NCBI GenBank assembly: GCA_018623135.1
Contig: JAAZVW010000002.1
Location: 5,447 to 69,446, forward strand
Reading direction: 5' to 3'
From: Pseudomonadota bacterium
Lineage (GTDB): Bacteria; Pseudomonadota; Alphaproteobacteria; UBA1280; JAAZVW01
DNA: 64,000 bases
Numbering within the stretch: position 1 is the first letter of the stretch; the number at the start of each line of letters is the position of its first letter. Below the pieces are notes generated by a model. It was not told the DNA's origin, searched no databases, and was given only the letters and a program-made list of their open reading frames with translations. Made by a program: the position numbers and the translations under genes. This document shows, in pieces, positions 31,032 to 40,666 of the stretch.

Positions 31032-31961
31032 CTATTCTTTTTCATCATTCAAATGCATCTTTTCTTGCATAAGCGGATGCTTTTCAAACAAGGCTTCTGT
31101 GAGCTCTTTTTGCAAATGATGCGTATAAATTTCTGTCGTCTGAATACTTTTATGCCCAAGCATCAGCTGTACAGCGTGTAAATCTGCGCCATTTTCTAAC
31201 AAATGTGTGGCAAAACTATGCCTTAATTTATGTGGCGAAACATTCTCTATACCTAAACTATCCGCCGCATCTTTAATAAGCTTATAGGCAGCATTTCTTG
31301 TTAGGGGACCCGCACCTTTTGTAGAAGGGAATAAATACAGGCTCCCCTTTTTATCTAACTTTGGTTGAGCCTCGCTTAAATATATTTGCGCCAAATTCAC
31401 TGTGCTTTCCGCAATTGGCACTTCCCGTATACGTTGGCCTTTACCTTTAATTCTCAATAAAGCTGGCTTGGCATAAATATCTATATCCCCTACTTTTAAG
31501 CTTAAGGCTTCGCTTATACGTAACCCTGTTGCATAGAGTAAATTAAGTAATAATTTTAACCGCAAATCCGTTACTTTGTTATCAGAAGAATAGTTTAACA
31601 AAGCTTCCACCTGCGTTTTAGATAAAGATTTTGGTACAGGCTTTATTTGTTTTGCACTTTCAATATCAGCAAACGGCGAAAGTTTTATATGCCCTTGCTC
31701 AACCGCATAAGCAAAAAAGCCTTTTAAAGCTGTTAATTTACGATTTTGAGAAGAAGCCGCAACCTGCGCCCTTAAGGCAGAAACATAATGAAAACACATA
31801 TCTTTTGTAAAATAAGAAAGGCTCTTATTATCACCAGCGGTCTGTTCTAAAAACTTTATTACATCACTTTGGTAAGCTTCAACAGTATGTGCAGATAACC
31901 CCTTACGGAAAGACAAAAAGGCTAAATAAGCATCTAAGACTTCTATAGCTTTCATGACCAT
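31032..31961 (-). CDS. xerD: site-specific tyrosine recombinase XerD (XerC not excluded)
   Basis: Catalytic R...HxxR...Y region (HKLRHSFATHLLENGADLHAVQLMLGHKSIQTTEIYTH). No phage or att context nearby. Confidence 0.8.
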   Translation of the reverse strand: MVMKAIEVLDAYLAFLSFRKGLSAHTVEAYQSDVIKFLEQTAGDNKSLSYFTKDMCFHYVSALRAQVAASSQNRKLTALKGFFAYAVEQGHIKLSPFADIESAKQIKPVPKSLSKTQVEALLNYSSDNKVTDLRLKLLLNLLYATGLRISEALSLKVGDIDIYAKPALLRIKGKGQRIREVPIAESTVNLAQIYLSEAQPKLDKKGSLYLFPSTKGAGPLTRNAAYKLIKDAADSLGIENVSPHKLRHSFATHLLENGADLHAVQLMLGHKSIQTTEIYTHHLQKELTEALFEKHPLMQEKMHLNDEKE

Positions 31962-32024
31962 AGCCTCCTTAATTTTTGCCTATTTAGCCTTTATTAAAAT
32001 ACATCATCCAAGCCTTAAAAAAGC

Positions 32025-33989
32025 CTAGTTTACTTCTGCATATTCCTCATGCAAAAGTGTTTCTAATGCTAAACTCATTGCATCTTCTTTTAACCCTGCA
32101 AAAGTAAGACCAGCCACAATATTAGCAGCCGATTGTGGTGCAATATTTACAGGATGCCTATACATCATCGGCTCAACAAGTAGCAACAAAGCTTCTGCCT
32201 GTTTATTTTTACTTAAACGATCCCCAAGCATACGCAACCACATTGGGCCTGGGCCGTAGCCTCGGTTAATATGCGCATCTTCAAAACTACGATGCATCTG
32301 CTCCCACATATTATATGGCACAGACATATTTAAAGCATCTAACACAGCCAAAGTACGTAAAGCTTGTTTCTTATCTTTTGTTGTGTCTAATGTCTGAGAC
32401 GCCCACCAACGATCTAAATCTTGCAAATCTAATTTTTGAGATAGCACAGAAAAGCCTAAACGCAAGCTTGTACGTTCTGCATTAATATCACGAGATAGCG
32501 ATCTATTAGATGAAAGCACTTTCCACCAGTCTTCTGCCATTGGTAGGTTACCACTTCTTAGAGCCACACGCACAACATAGGTAGAGAACCAAGCCAACTT
32601 AGATGCAGGTTGAATACCCTTTAAATCTGGCGTGAGCGCAGAAGGCAAATCTTTTAACCCATCACTTTCAGCGCGTTGCCAAAGTACTTTTAACACAAGC
32701 GCTTTAGAAGATGCATGCTCAGCTAAATCTATTGCTTGCCACAGCAAAGCACGCGCTAAAGAACCATCTATTTCTTTTTTCTCAAATTGCAAAGGCTGCT
32801 CAAGATCAGATTTGCTAAAACGCACACTTTGGTATAAACCTGTCAGCGCCTGAATGTCTCTTAAGTTTGCATAATCTGCAACTAACTTTTCACCCGCTTG
32901 TAAGCGTTTAGAAATAGATAACCCACCATCCATCATCATGCCACGCAACACAACATCTGGTAATTTTAAAATAACCTGTGGTGTAATAAGCTGATCAAAA
33001 TGACGGTAAACAACAGCATGCAATGGCTTAATATTTTGGTTTGGTGTTAAACGCGGGCTTTTACCATTTTGCACAGCGTCTAAAAGCTTAATCAAAAATG
33101 GATCTGCTTTTTTTACAGAATCAGCTGCAACTTCTAGCCCAAGCCTTAATGCATCTTTATTTGTATCAACCGACTGGCAAACAAGCAAAGCATGGCGCCA
33201 AAAAACTTCATCAGAATTCAAAATATTTTCTTTAATAAAAGAGCAAGCTTCTTTTATGTTACCCGCCATTAAAGACATTTCGACCCAAGGCTTATCTAAC
33301 TGATAATCAATAAGGTGCTTTTCAGGAATCGCTGTTATTAATTCACGCGCTGCATCCACATAACCTAAAGAAACAAGCGTCTCAACACGTGTACGAATCC
33401 AAGTTTTACCACTATCCGTTTGACCTTGTGGTTCAGTAGCCTGTGTCAAAAGCATACGCTGCACAATACGTCTTGCTGTTGGGCTCTTAACCCCCTTAGA
33501 GGCTAAACGTTCAAGCATAAGTTCTGCATCTTGCCTAGAAAGGCCTTGCCATAATTGTTCAGAAAAACCACCCGTAGCAGATGTTAATAAACCCATTTTG
33601 TTGACTTGCTCTAAGCTTAGGCGCTGTTCTCCAAGCTCTTCACTTTCAGAAATAACAGGCATAATATCATTAAATCCTGGTGCTTTTGTTGTTTGCGCAA
33701 CCCCTTGAGTTACAACAGAAGTTGCTTGAGCAATTTCTTCAGCTGTTACAGAGCCTTTAAGTGCGCCATCAGAAGCAGTATTATTTTGCTGAGCTGCAGA
33801 AGAAGAACCTTCTCCTAAAAGAGCATTCATACGGCGGTCTAATTCAGAATCATTCAACATTTCAGATTCATCCTGAACCTGATTCATGATCGCAGAAAGC
33901 GCCTCATTTGTCATTTGGCTTTGTGCATGCGCCTCTATCGCCAAAGTCACACCCAATAGTGTCATGAGTATTTTATGTTCTGTCTTCAT
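32025..33989 (-). CDS. large secreted, probably alpha-helical-repeat protein of unknown function (654 aa)
   Basis: Signal peptide MKTEHKILMTLLGVTLAIEAHA. Leu/Ala-rich helical composition and no catalytic motif. Confidence 0.65.
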   Translation of the reverse strand: MKTEHKILMTLLGVTLAIEAHAQSQMTNEALSAIMNQVQDESEMLNDSELDRRMNALLGEGSSSAAQQNNTASDGALKGSVTAEEIAQATSVVTQGVAQTTKAPGFNDIMPVISESEELGEQRLSLEQVNKMGLLTSATGGFSEQLWQGLSRQDAELMLERLASKGVKSPTARRIVQRMLLTQATEPQGQTDSGKTWIRTRVETLVSLGYVDAARELITAIPEKHLIDYQLDKPWVEMSLMAGNIKEACSFIKENILNSDEVFWRHALLVCQSVDTNKDALRLGLEVAADSVKKADPFLIKLLDAVQNGKSPRLTPNQNIKPLHAVVYRHFDQLITPQVILKLPDVVLRGMMMDGGLSISKRLQAGEKLVADYANLRDIQALTGLYQSVRFSKSDLEQPLQFEKKEIDGSLARALLWQAIDLAEHASSKALVLKVLWQRAESDGLKDLPSALTPDLKGIQPASKLAWFSTYVVRVALRSGNLPMAEDWWKVLSSNRSLSRDINAERTSLRLGFSVLSQKLDLQDLDRWWASQTLDTTKDKKQALRTLAVLDALNMSVPYNMWEQMHRSFEDAHINRGYGPGPMWLRMLGDRLSKNKQAEALLLLVEPMMYRHPVNIAPQSAANIVAGLTFAGLKEDAMSLALETLLHEEYAEVN

Positions 33990-34046
33990 TACTTTTTCCT
34001 AACTCAACAATCCGTATATCTCTATATCGCAAAGGTATTATTTAGT

Positions 34047-34184
34047 TTAACGAACCACTTTAGCACGTGGATAAATTGGCTCTTCTTTAATATCTTGTTT
34101 AATTTCAGGTGTGTTATCAAACCACACAAAAAAGCCACCAAATACAATAACAATAGCAGCTAGAATTACATATGTTTTTTTCAT
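34047..34184 (-). CDS. candidate 45-aa membrane-anchored small protein
   Basis: Not in the ORF track. Sequence is MKKTYVILAAIVIVFGGFFVWFDNTPEIKQDIKEEPIYPRAKVVR. It lies 57 nt upstream of the 654-aa gene on the same strand, and its RBS is weak. Confidence 0.3.
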   Translation of the reverse strand: MKKTYVILAAIVIVFGGFFVWFDNTPEIKQDIKEEPIYPRAKVVR

Positions 34185-34383
34185 CGATCGATTAATCCGA
34201 TTATTTTGTTTTTAATAAATTTCTATTTAGAACATCTAGCACAATAGCAAATAGGCTTTTTAATGTCCATATTATATATTAGTTGTCTATTTTGTATAAA
34301 TTTGCTTTTTTGTTCAAGCAGATTTATAATGCGCCCAACTCTTAAAACTTAAGTCAGGTAAATTAAGGATATTAACAAGCCTC

Positions 34384-34728
34384 ATGTTCACCATTGCATT
34401 TGTTCTTATGGCTATAAGCACCATTGCCTTATTGTGGATACACATCCGCGAAGAAAAGCGACGTGCGAAAAGATATGCCGAACTTTTTATGCGTAAACAA
34501 GAACAAGAAGAGCAAGAACAACAACAAGCAGCAGAAGAACAAAAAGCCCAACAAGCAGACGAAAATAAACACCCCCAGTCTCTAGACGAGTTAGCAGAAA
34601 GCATTAAGCAAGAACTTTCTGAACCAGAAACAGAACAAGAAAGTGAACTTAATGAAGCTATGAAAGCCATTAAAGAAGCGCGTCAAGAAAAACAACCAAC
34701 AACACAAGAAATACAATTAGATAATTAA
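34384..34728 (+). CDS. single-pass membrane protein with a Gln/Glu-rich low-complexity tail (114 aa)
   Basis: N-terminal TM helix (FTIAFVLMAISTIALLWI) followed by a QEQEEQEQQQAAEEQKAQQ tract. Confidence 0.55.
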   Translation: MFTIAFVLMAISTIALLWIHIREEKRRAKRYAELFMRKQEQEEQEQQQAAEEQKAQQADENKHPQSLDELAESIKQELSEPETEQESELNEAMKAIKEARQEKQPTTQEIQLDN

Positions 34729-34730
34729 CC

Positions 34731-35237
34731 ATGTTCAGTACAAAACTTTTTAAACATAAGTATGATATAGATGATGTTCTTCGCGCACTTTGCGGAGACG
34801 ACTTTAACGGTACTTGGTGGCTACACACAGCCCCTAAAGAAACCGAAGGCGAGCAAGGCAAAGGGGAACTTATTCCTGTCGCTCAAAACAATAAAGATAC
34901 ATATGAAGAATCTGAATTCTGGTTTAAGGTAGAACCTCTTCCCTTCACCCCTATTCAGCAAGAATTAAAAAATCATCACGAGCGTGCACGCCTAACAGAA
35001 GAGCAACAAGCAGAACTTGATACTATTCTTCATGCATCTCATTCTATGTTTGATCTTTTCACAGCCTTCAATAAAGGCGTTGTTGGCGGTTGGCTGAGAG
35101 AACGCATTAAAGAAGAAGCTTTAGAATGGCTAGATGAACGACAAATGATTCCACCATCTATGCGCCACGTCCGTGCGTTAGAAGATCAGCCCGAAGACTT
35201 AACCCTGCATATTAATACCAATAAACCAGTTCAATAG
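34731..35237 (+). CDS. hypothetical protein (168 aa)
   Basis: Starts 3 nt after the previous stop. No recognised motif. Confidence 0.5.
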   Translation: MFSTKLFKHKYDIDDVLRALCGDDFNGTWWLHTAPKETEGEQGKGELIPVAQNNKDTYEESEFWFKVEPLPFTPIQQELKNHHERARLTEEQQAELDTILHASHSMFDLFTAFNKGVVGGWLRERIKEEALEWLDERQMIPPSMRHVRALEDQPEDLTLHINTNKPVQ

Positions 35238-35267
35238 ATTAATTTATTATAAAGAGACAACAAACCT

Positions 35268-36536
35268 ATGCTTACATCCATTATTATTATTTTTATTCTT
35301 ATTTGCTGCTCTGCCTTTTTCTCCAGCTCAGAAACAGCACTTATGGGGTCTTCTAAAGCAAAGCTACACGCCCTACAAAAAGAAGGTGATACCAACGCCA
35401 CACGCGTTATAGGTCTTATCTCTAACCCAGAGCGTTTATTAGGCACTATACTTTTAGGTAACAACCTTGTTAATATTGCGGCCTCTTCTATTGCTGCAGG
35501 CTTATTTTTAAAACTCTTTGGTGATGCAGGCCTTGCCTACGCAACCCTTATCATGACTTTCATTGTCCTTATATTTGCAGAAGTCTTACCTAAAACACTC
35601 GCCGCACGTAACCCAGAAGGTTTCTCTAAAGGTATTAGCCTACCTATGGCTTTTTTAGTTATTATCCTTAAGCCTTTTACAGCTTTTATTCGTGTACTTA
35701 CACGTGGCGGCATGCGCCTTATCGGTATTAAACCAGATGATGACGCCCCTAACTTTGGCGAAGATGATGTAAAAGGTGCTATTGGCTTAGGTCTACACCA
35801 CGGGGTGCTAGATTCAGGCGAACACCGCATGCTTGATTCCGTACTGCAACTAGATGAGCTAACAGTAAAAGACGTTATGACACACCGTAGCATGATTGTT
35901 TCTATGGATGCAGATACCCCCGACCATGATGTTAAAGAATTTTTAGCAAACTCACCATACAGCCGCATGCCTGTCTGGAAAGAAGACCAAGATAACATTA
36001 TTGGTACTCTACACATTAAAGATTACTATCGCGCTATCCGTGAAGCAAAAAAATCTGGCGAGCGTTTCGAAATTGCCGATATTGTATCAGAACCCTTCTT
36101 CATTCCAGAAACAGCAAACGTTGCCAATCTACTTAAAGAATTCAGAACAAAACGTAAACACCTTGCCCTTGTTGTCGATGAATATGGCGACCTTCAAGGT
36201 ATTATAAGCCTAGAAGATATCCTAGAAGAAATTGTCGGCGATATTGAAGATGAACACGATCAAATCACTGCAAGTTACACAACAGGCAAAAATAATAGCA
36301 TTATCGCATCTGCTGATTATCCTGTAAGGGATATTAATAAAGAGCTCGATCTTGAAATTCCAGATGATGCCGTTACCCTTGGTGGTTTAGTCACCGATAC
36401 TCTCGGGCGCATCCCCTCTGTTGCCGAAAAAGTAGAAGTCGGTAACTACGAGCTTACTGTGCTTGCCAAACGTCGCCAGTCTCTGCTAAAAGTACGTATT
36501 CGACCTGTAAAACAAGAACAACAAGATGACGCTTAA
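35268..36536 (+). CDS. HlyC/CorC-family transporter-associated protein (DUF21, CBS pair, CorC_HlyC)
   Basis: N-terminal 4-TM DUF21 region (AFFSSSETAL), a CBS region, and a C-terminal CorC domain. Confidence 0.88.
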   Translation: MLTSIIIIFILICCSAFFSSSETALMGSSKAKLHALQKEGDTNATRVIGLISNPERLLGTILLGNNLVNIAASSIAAGLFLKLFGDAGLAYATLIMTFIVLIFAEVLPKTLAARNPEGFSKGISLPMAFLVIILKPFTAFIRVLTRGGMRLIGIKPDDDAPNFGEDDVKGAIGLGLHHGVLDSGEHRMLDSVLQLDELTVKDVMTHRSMIVSMDADTPDHDVKEFLANSPYSRMPVWKEDQDNIIGTLHIKDYYRAIREAKKSGERFEIADIVSEPFFIPETANVANLLKEFRTKRKHLALVVDEYGDLQGIISLEDILEEIVGDIEDEHDQITASYTTGKNNSIIASADYPVRDINKELDLEIPDDAVTLGGLVTDTLGRIPSVAEKVEVGNYELTVLAKRRQSLLKVRIRPVKQEQQDDA

Positions 36537-37185
36537 AAATATGAAACAAGAAGCTCCGCAACTTACGCCACAGCAAATAGATGAAAAGAAAAGCCAAATC
36601 GCGAATGAACTTTTATTTAGCTTTTGGCTTCTACCTTTAGGTTTTGCGTTAGGTATTGCTTTGTGCTTTTCACCTATCTTCTTTTTTATGCTTAATATAG
36701 ACCCTATCGCTCTAAACTATGTCTATGGCATCATCACAGAGGCGGATCTGAAAGAAGCCGTTCTTCTTAATAAGTGGCATTTTGCACCAGAAGAAATTGC
36801 TCATTTACAAGATGTTAAACGCGTTGTTTCAGCTCTTTTATCTACAGGCGCTATTATGGGGTTTTTTGCCCTTATTTGGTACAAACTGCGTAAGCCTAAC
36901 CTTTACTATACTGCTATTCATCTTAATGGGCTTATTGCAGCACTTGTTTTGGTGCATGGCATTGTCGCAGTGGTTAATTTTAAGTTTTTATCTGATATGT
37001 GGCATGGCTTTTTATTCCCTGCAGGTAGCTGGTCGTTTCCTAAACACAGCTATGTAATGACACATCTTTACCCATTTTCTGTTATGAAAATTGGCGCAAC
37101 AGTTATCCTTGCATCGGCAGCTCTTTTTGCGATAAGCTTGTTTATTATTGGCTATCAGCAAGAAAAGAAAAAAAAGAAAGCATAA
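36526..37185 (+). CDS. integral membrane protein, possibly DUF1461/Lit-like
   Basis: About 4 TM helices. The motifs EEIAHLQDVK and FLFPAGSWSF resemble my memory of DUF1461. Overlaps the corC-like gene by 11 nt and has a poly-Lys C-terminus. Confidence 0.5.
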   Translation: MTLKNMKQEAPQLTPQQIDEKKSQIANELLFSFWLLPLGFALGIALCFSPIFFFMLNIDPIALNYVYGIITEADLKEAVLLNKWHFAPEEIAHLQDVKRVVSALLSTGAIMGFFALIWYKLRKPNLYYTAIHLNGLIAALVLVHGIVAVVNFKFLSDMWHGFLFPAGSWSFPKHSYVMTHLYPFSVMKIGATVILASAALFAISLFIIGYQQEKKKKKA

Positions 37186-37191
37186 AACACC

Positions 37192-38817
37192 ATGCGTATA
37201 TTTTGGGCTGTCGCACTTAGCTTGGCACTTACCGCTTGTAAACCTAATACAGCAAAACAAGAACAAGATTTCAGCTCAGATTCTGGCCCTATAAAAGGGG
37301 ATATTCTTATGCATGCTACATTAGGGGATACCTCAAGCCTTGTACCTATGCTTTCTGGTGATGTCACCTCTTCTTACGTGGCAGGACTTATTTACACAAG
37401 CTTGCTTACTTACGATAAAAACATTAATCTTGTTCCTAAAGCAGCAGAAAATTACCACATTTCAAATAACGGTAAAACAATTACATTCAAACTAAAAAAA
37501 GATATTAAATTTGAAGATGGTACCCCTCTAACAGCTCATGATGTTATGGCAACCTATCAATTTATTATCGATGAAAAAACACGCACGCCTTATGCCAGTA
37601 AATACAAAATGGTTCAAAAAGCAGAAGTGCTAGATGATTACACCTTCCGCGTAAACTATGCAGAACCTTTTGCCCCTGCGCTAAGTTCTTGGGCTATGCT
37701 TATTTTACCTAAGCATATTCTAGAAAAATCTAAAGATGACTATAACAAGACAGAACTTAAAGAAACACCTTTAGGCGTCGGCCCTTACAAACTTTATAAG
37801 TGGCGCCGCGGGCAAGATCTTTCTTTAAAATCAACCTCAGACCGCCCTCATATCGCAGGTCAGCGTATGCGTATCATCCCCGATGCCGATGCCACATTTT
37901 TGGAACTTAAAGCCGGTAATTTAGACCACAGCGGTCTTAAACCTCTTCAGTATCTGCTCTATAAAGATAAAGAAAGCTTCACAAATAGATTCAACCTATT
38001 TTCTTATCTCAGTAATGCCTATACTTATATGGGTTTTAACCTTAAAAACCCTTTATTTCAGGATATAAAAGTCCGCCAAGCCTTATCCTTCGCAACACCA
38101 CGCGATGCTCTTGTTAAAGGCGTTCTCCATGGCCAAGGTCAACCTGCTTCTACTATTTTTAAGCCTGGTACATGGGCATATAACAACAGCATAAAACCTT
38201 ATCCTTATAACCTTGAAAAAGCAAAAGAGCTGTTAAAAGAAGCCGGCTGGGTTGATACCAATAACGACGGCATTTTAGATAAAGATGGGCAAGATTTTCG
38301 CTTTACAATTATCACCAACCAAGGCAACAGCCTGCGCCTACGCACGGCAGAAATTTTGCAATACGCCTTTAGCCAACTGGGTATAGAAGTTAAAATCAGA
38401 ACTCAAGAATGGTCTACATTTATTACAAATACTATCAATAAAAGCCAGTTTGATGCCATTATTATGGGCTGGTCATTATCTGCCGAGCCCGATCCTTACA
38501 GCATTTGGCACTCTAGCCAAACAAAAGAAGGCCAGTTCAATTTTATTCATTATAAAAATAAAGAAGTTGATCAGCTTATAGAAGATGCTCGCACCGAAAT
38601 GGTTCAAGAAAAACGTAAAGTTCACTTAGATCGCCTACAAGAAATTTTACACCAAGAGCAACCTTATTTATTTTTGTACGTACCCTACAGCAACATTGCT
38701 GTGCATAAGCGTATTAAAAATGTTTATGCCGCCCCTTCAGGGATAGATCATAACATGGAAGATTGGTACGTCCCTCAAGAACTTCAGCGTTATTCAATTA
38801 ACCAACTTATGCCATAA
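37192..38817 (+). CDS. ABC transporter substrate-binding lipoprotein, family 5 (peptide/nickel)
   Basis: Lipobox LALTAC and collinear family-5 SBP features of typical length. Confidence 0.88.
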   Translation: MRIFWAVALSLALTACKPNTAKQEQDFSSDSGPIKGDILMHATLGDTSSLVPMLSGDVTSSYVAGLIYTSLLTYDKNINLVPKAAENYHISNNGKTITFKLKKDIKFEDGTPLTAHDVMATYQFIIDEKTRTPYASKYKMVQKAEVLDDYTFRVNYAEPFAPALSSWAMLILPKHILEKSKDDYNKTELKETPLGVGPYKLYKWRRGQDLSLKSTSDRPHIAGQRMRIIPDADATFLELKAGNLDHSGLKPLQYLLYKDKESFTNRFNLFSYLSNAYTYMGFNLKNPLFQDIKVRQALSFATPRDALVKGVLHGQGQPASTIFKPGTWAYNNSIKPYPYNLEKAKELLKEAGWVDTNNDGILDKDGQDFRFTIITNQGNSLRLRTAEILQYAFSQLGIEVKIRTQEWSTFITNTINKSQFDAIIMGWSLSAEPDPYSIWHSSQTKEGQFNFIHYKNKEVDQLIEDARTEMVQEKRKVHLDRLQEILHQEQPYLFLYVPYSNIAVHKRIKNVYAAPSGIDHNMEDWYVPQELQRYSINQLMP

Positions 38818-38831
38818 AAGGAACATAAAAC

Positions 38832-39821
38832 ATGCTTTATTACATTGGTAAACGCCTTCTTTCTATGCTTCCTTTACTTTTTGGTATCACGCTTATTTGT
38901 TTTGCTGTTATTCAACTTAGCCCTGGTGACCCTGTCACCCTAGGCACAAGCCTCAACCAAGAAGCAGATGCAGATGCCCATCAAAAACTCCGTGAAGCTT
39001 ACGGGCTTAATAAACCCTTACATGAGCAATACTTAACTTGGCTTAAAGGGCTTATTCAGCTAGATTTTGGCACATCTTTTGCGCCAGATAACCGCCCTGT
39101 TATTGATAAGATAACAGAAAGCCTCCCCGTTACCTTATGGATGAATATTATCGGGCTGTTTTTTGTCTTCCTCATCGCCATTCCATTAGGGGTTATGTCC
39201 GCCAAGTATCAAGATTCATTTTTTGATAAAACATCTACAGTTATTCTTTTTATAGCCTTCGCAGCCCCAAGCTTTTGGGTCGCCCTTATGGGAATGATCT
39301 ACTTCGGCCTTCACCTCGAATGGTTACCGATTTCAGGCATTTCTACTTACGGGTCCGAATCTTGGCCCCTACACGAACGCATTCTAGACTGGGCAAAACA
39401 CCTTATTTTACCTATTGGTATTGGTGTTTTAGGCTCCATTGCGGGTATGAGCCGTTATATGCGATCTTCTATGCTAGAAGTCATCCGCCAAGATTACATC
39501 ACCACAGCAAAATCAAAAGGCCTTACAAACACTAAAGTCTTTTATAAACATGGTTTACGTAACGCTCTTTTACCCGTTATTACTATCCTTGGTCTTTCTA
39601 TTCCGGGCCTTATTGGCGGTTCTGTTATTTTTGAATCTATGTTCTCCATTCCAGGTATGGGGCGTTTGTTCTTTGATGCGGTGATGATGCGTGACTACCC
39701 TGTTATTATGGGTATTCTTACCATAGGTGCGCTCCTTACACTTATTGGTAATTTGCTGGCCGATGTTGCCTACAGTTTTGCAGACCCGCGTATCCGTTTC
39801 GGAGGACAAAAAAATGCCTAA
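38832..39821 (+). CDS. ABC peptide transporter permease (DppB/OppB-like)
   Basis: BPD_transp_1 EAA-type loop (YITTAKSKGL...V..KH.LRNAL). Confidence 0.9.
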   Translation: MLYYIGKRLLSMLPLLFGITLICFAVIQLSPGDPVTLGTSLNQEADADAHQKLREAYGLNKPLHEQYLTWLKGLIQLDFGTSFAPDNRPVIDKITESLPVTLWMNIIGLFFVFLIAIPLGVMSAKYQDSFFDKTSTVILFIAFAAPSFWVALMGMIYFGLHLEWLPISGISTYGSESWPLHERILDWAKHLILPIGIGVLGSIAGMSRYMRSSMLEVIRQDYITTAKSKGLTNTKVFYKHGLRNALLPVITILGLSIPGLIGGSVIFESMFSIPGMGRLFFDAVMMRDYPVIMGILTIGALLTLIGNLLADVAYSFADPRIRFGGQKNA

Positions 39822-40626
39822 AAAAAATAAGTTTATGTACATCGGCCTAACACTTGTACTTTGCATGGCTTTTGGCGCTTTATTTGCACCAATACTTACG
39901 CCTTACAGCCCCACAGAACTTGACCTTAATAATATTTTAAGTGCCCCAAGCGTTCTACACCCCTTAGGGACAGATCAACTTGGCAGAGACGTTCTCTCAC
40001 GCCTTTTATACGGTGCTCGTGTTTCTTTACTTGTGGGTTTTATTGCTGTAGGCATTTCTGCCGCTATTGGTATTTTCCTAGGGGCTGTTTCAGCCTTTTA
40101 TGGCGGACGTGTGGATCAATTCATTATGCGCTTTCTAGATGTTATGCTCTGCTTCCCATCTTTTTTCCTTATTCTTGCCGTTATTGCCTTTTTAGAACCT
40201 TCATTGGTTAACATTATGGTTGTCATCGGGCTTACGAGTTGGATGGGCATTACCCGTCTCTTACGTGCAGAATTTTTAAAACTTAAAGAACAAGATTTTA
40301 TTCTTGCAGCTAAAGCCCAGGGCCTTAAAGATAGCACGATCATTTGGCGCTATTTACTACCAAATGCTATGGCACCTGTTCTTGTAAATATGACCTTAAG
40401 TGTGGCTGCGGCCATTTTAATAGAATCTGGTCTATCATTTTTAGGTATTGGCGTGCAAGCACCTAACCCAAGTTGGGGTAATATGCTAACTGATGGTAAA
40501 GAAAACATTGAAATCGCATGGTGGCTTGCCCTCTACCCAGGGCTTGCAATTCTTATTACTGTTTTAGGCTATAACTTACTCGGTGAAGGCCTGCGTGATA
40601 AGCTAGACCCAAGACTACGCAAATAA
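39814..40626 (+). CDS. ABC peptide transporter permease (DppC/OppC-like)
   Basis: N-terminal HPLGTDQLGRDVLSRL motif and FILAAKAQGL loop. Start moved from 39727 to MPKKNK at 39814, which overlaps the upstream stop by 8 nt. Confidence 0.9.
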   Translation: MPKKNKFMYIGLTLVLCMAFGALFAPILTPYSPTELDLNNILSAPSVLHPLGTDQLGRDVLSRLLYGARVSLLVGFIAVGISAAIGIFLGAVSAFYGGRVDQFIMRFLDVMLCFPSFFLILAVIAFLEPSLVNIMVVIGLTSWMGITRLLRAEFLKLKEQDFILAAKAQGLKDSTIIWRYLLPNAMAPVLVNMTLSVAAAILIESGLSFLGIGVQAPNPSWGNMLTDGKENIEIAWWLALYPGLAILITVLGYNLLGEGLRDKLDPRLRK

Positions 40627-40650
40627 AAAAGCCCCCACATGGGGGCTTTC
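40624..40650 (+). terminator. rho-independent terminator
   Basis: Stem gccccc/gggggc (40631-40636 / 40641-40646), followed by ttt. Confidence 0.7.
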
Positions 40651-40666
40651 TGACAAAAAGTCGCAA

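Noticed and set aside
31032-31961. Tyrosine recombinase as the marker of an integrated mobile element
   Set aside because: It has Xer-type catalytic motifs and sits next to the housekeeping gene accA. There are no flanking phage or transposon genes, direct repeats or tRNA, so it is called chromosomal XerD.
34314-34670. 118-aa Cys/Ser-rich ORF on the minus strand
   Set aside because: It is the antisense shadow of the Gln/Glu-repeat gene at 34384-34728. GAA, CAA and GCA repeats read as Ser, Cys and Leu codons on the opposite strand. There is no RBS or independent support.
37155-37185. A-rich tract (A8 within aagaaaagaaaaaaaagaaag) as a slipped-strand phase-variation switch
   Set aside because: The longest homopolymer is only 8 nt. 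It encodes the extreme C-terminal poly-Lys of the membrane protein, so a frameshift there would change only a few residues.
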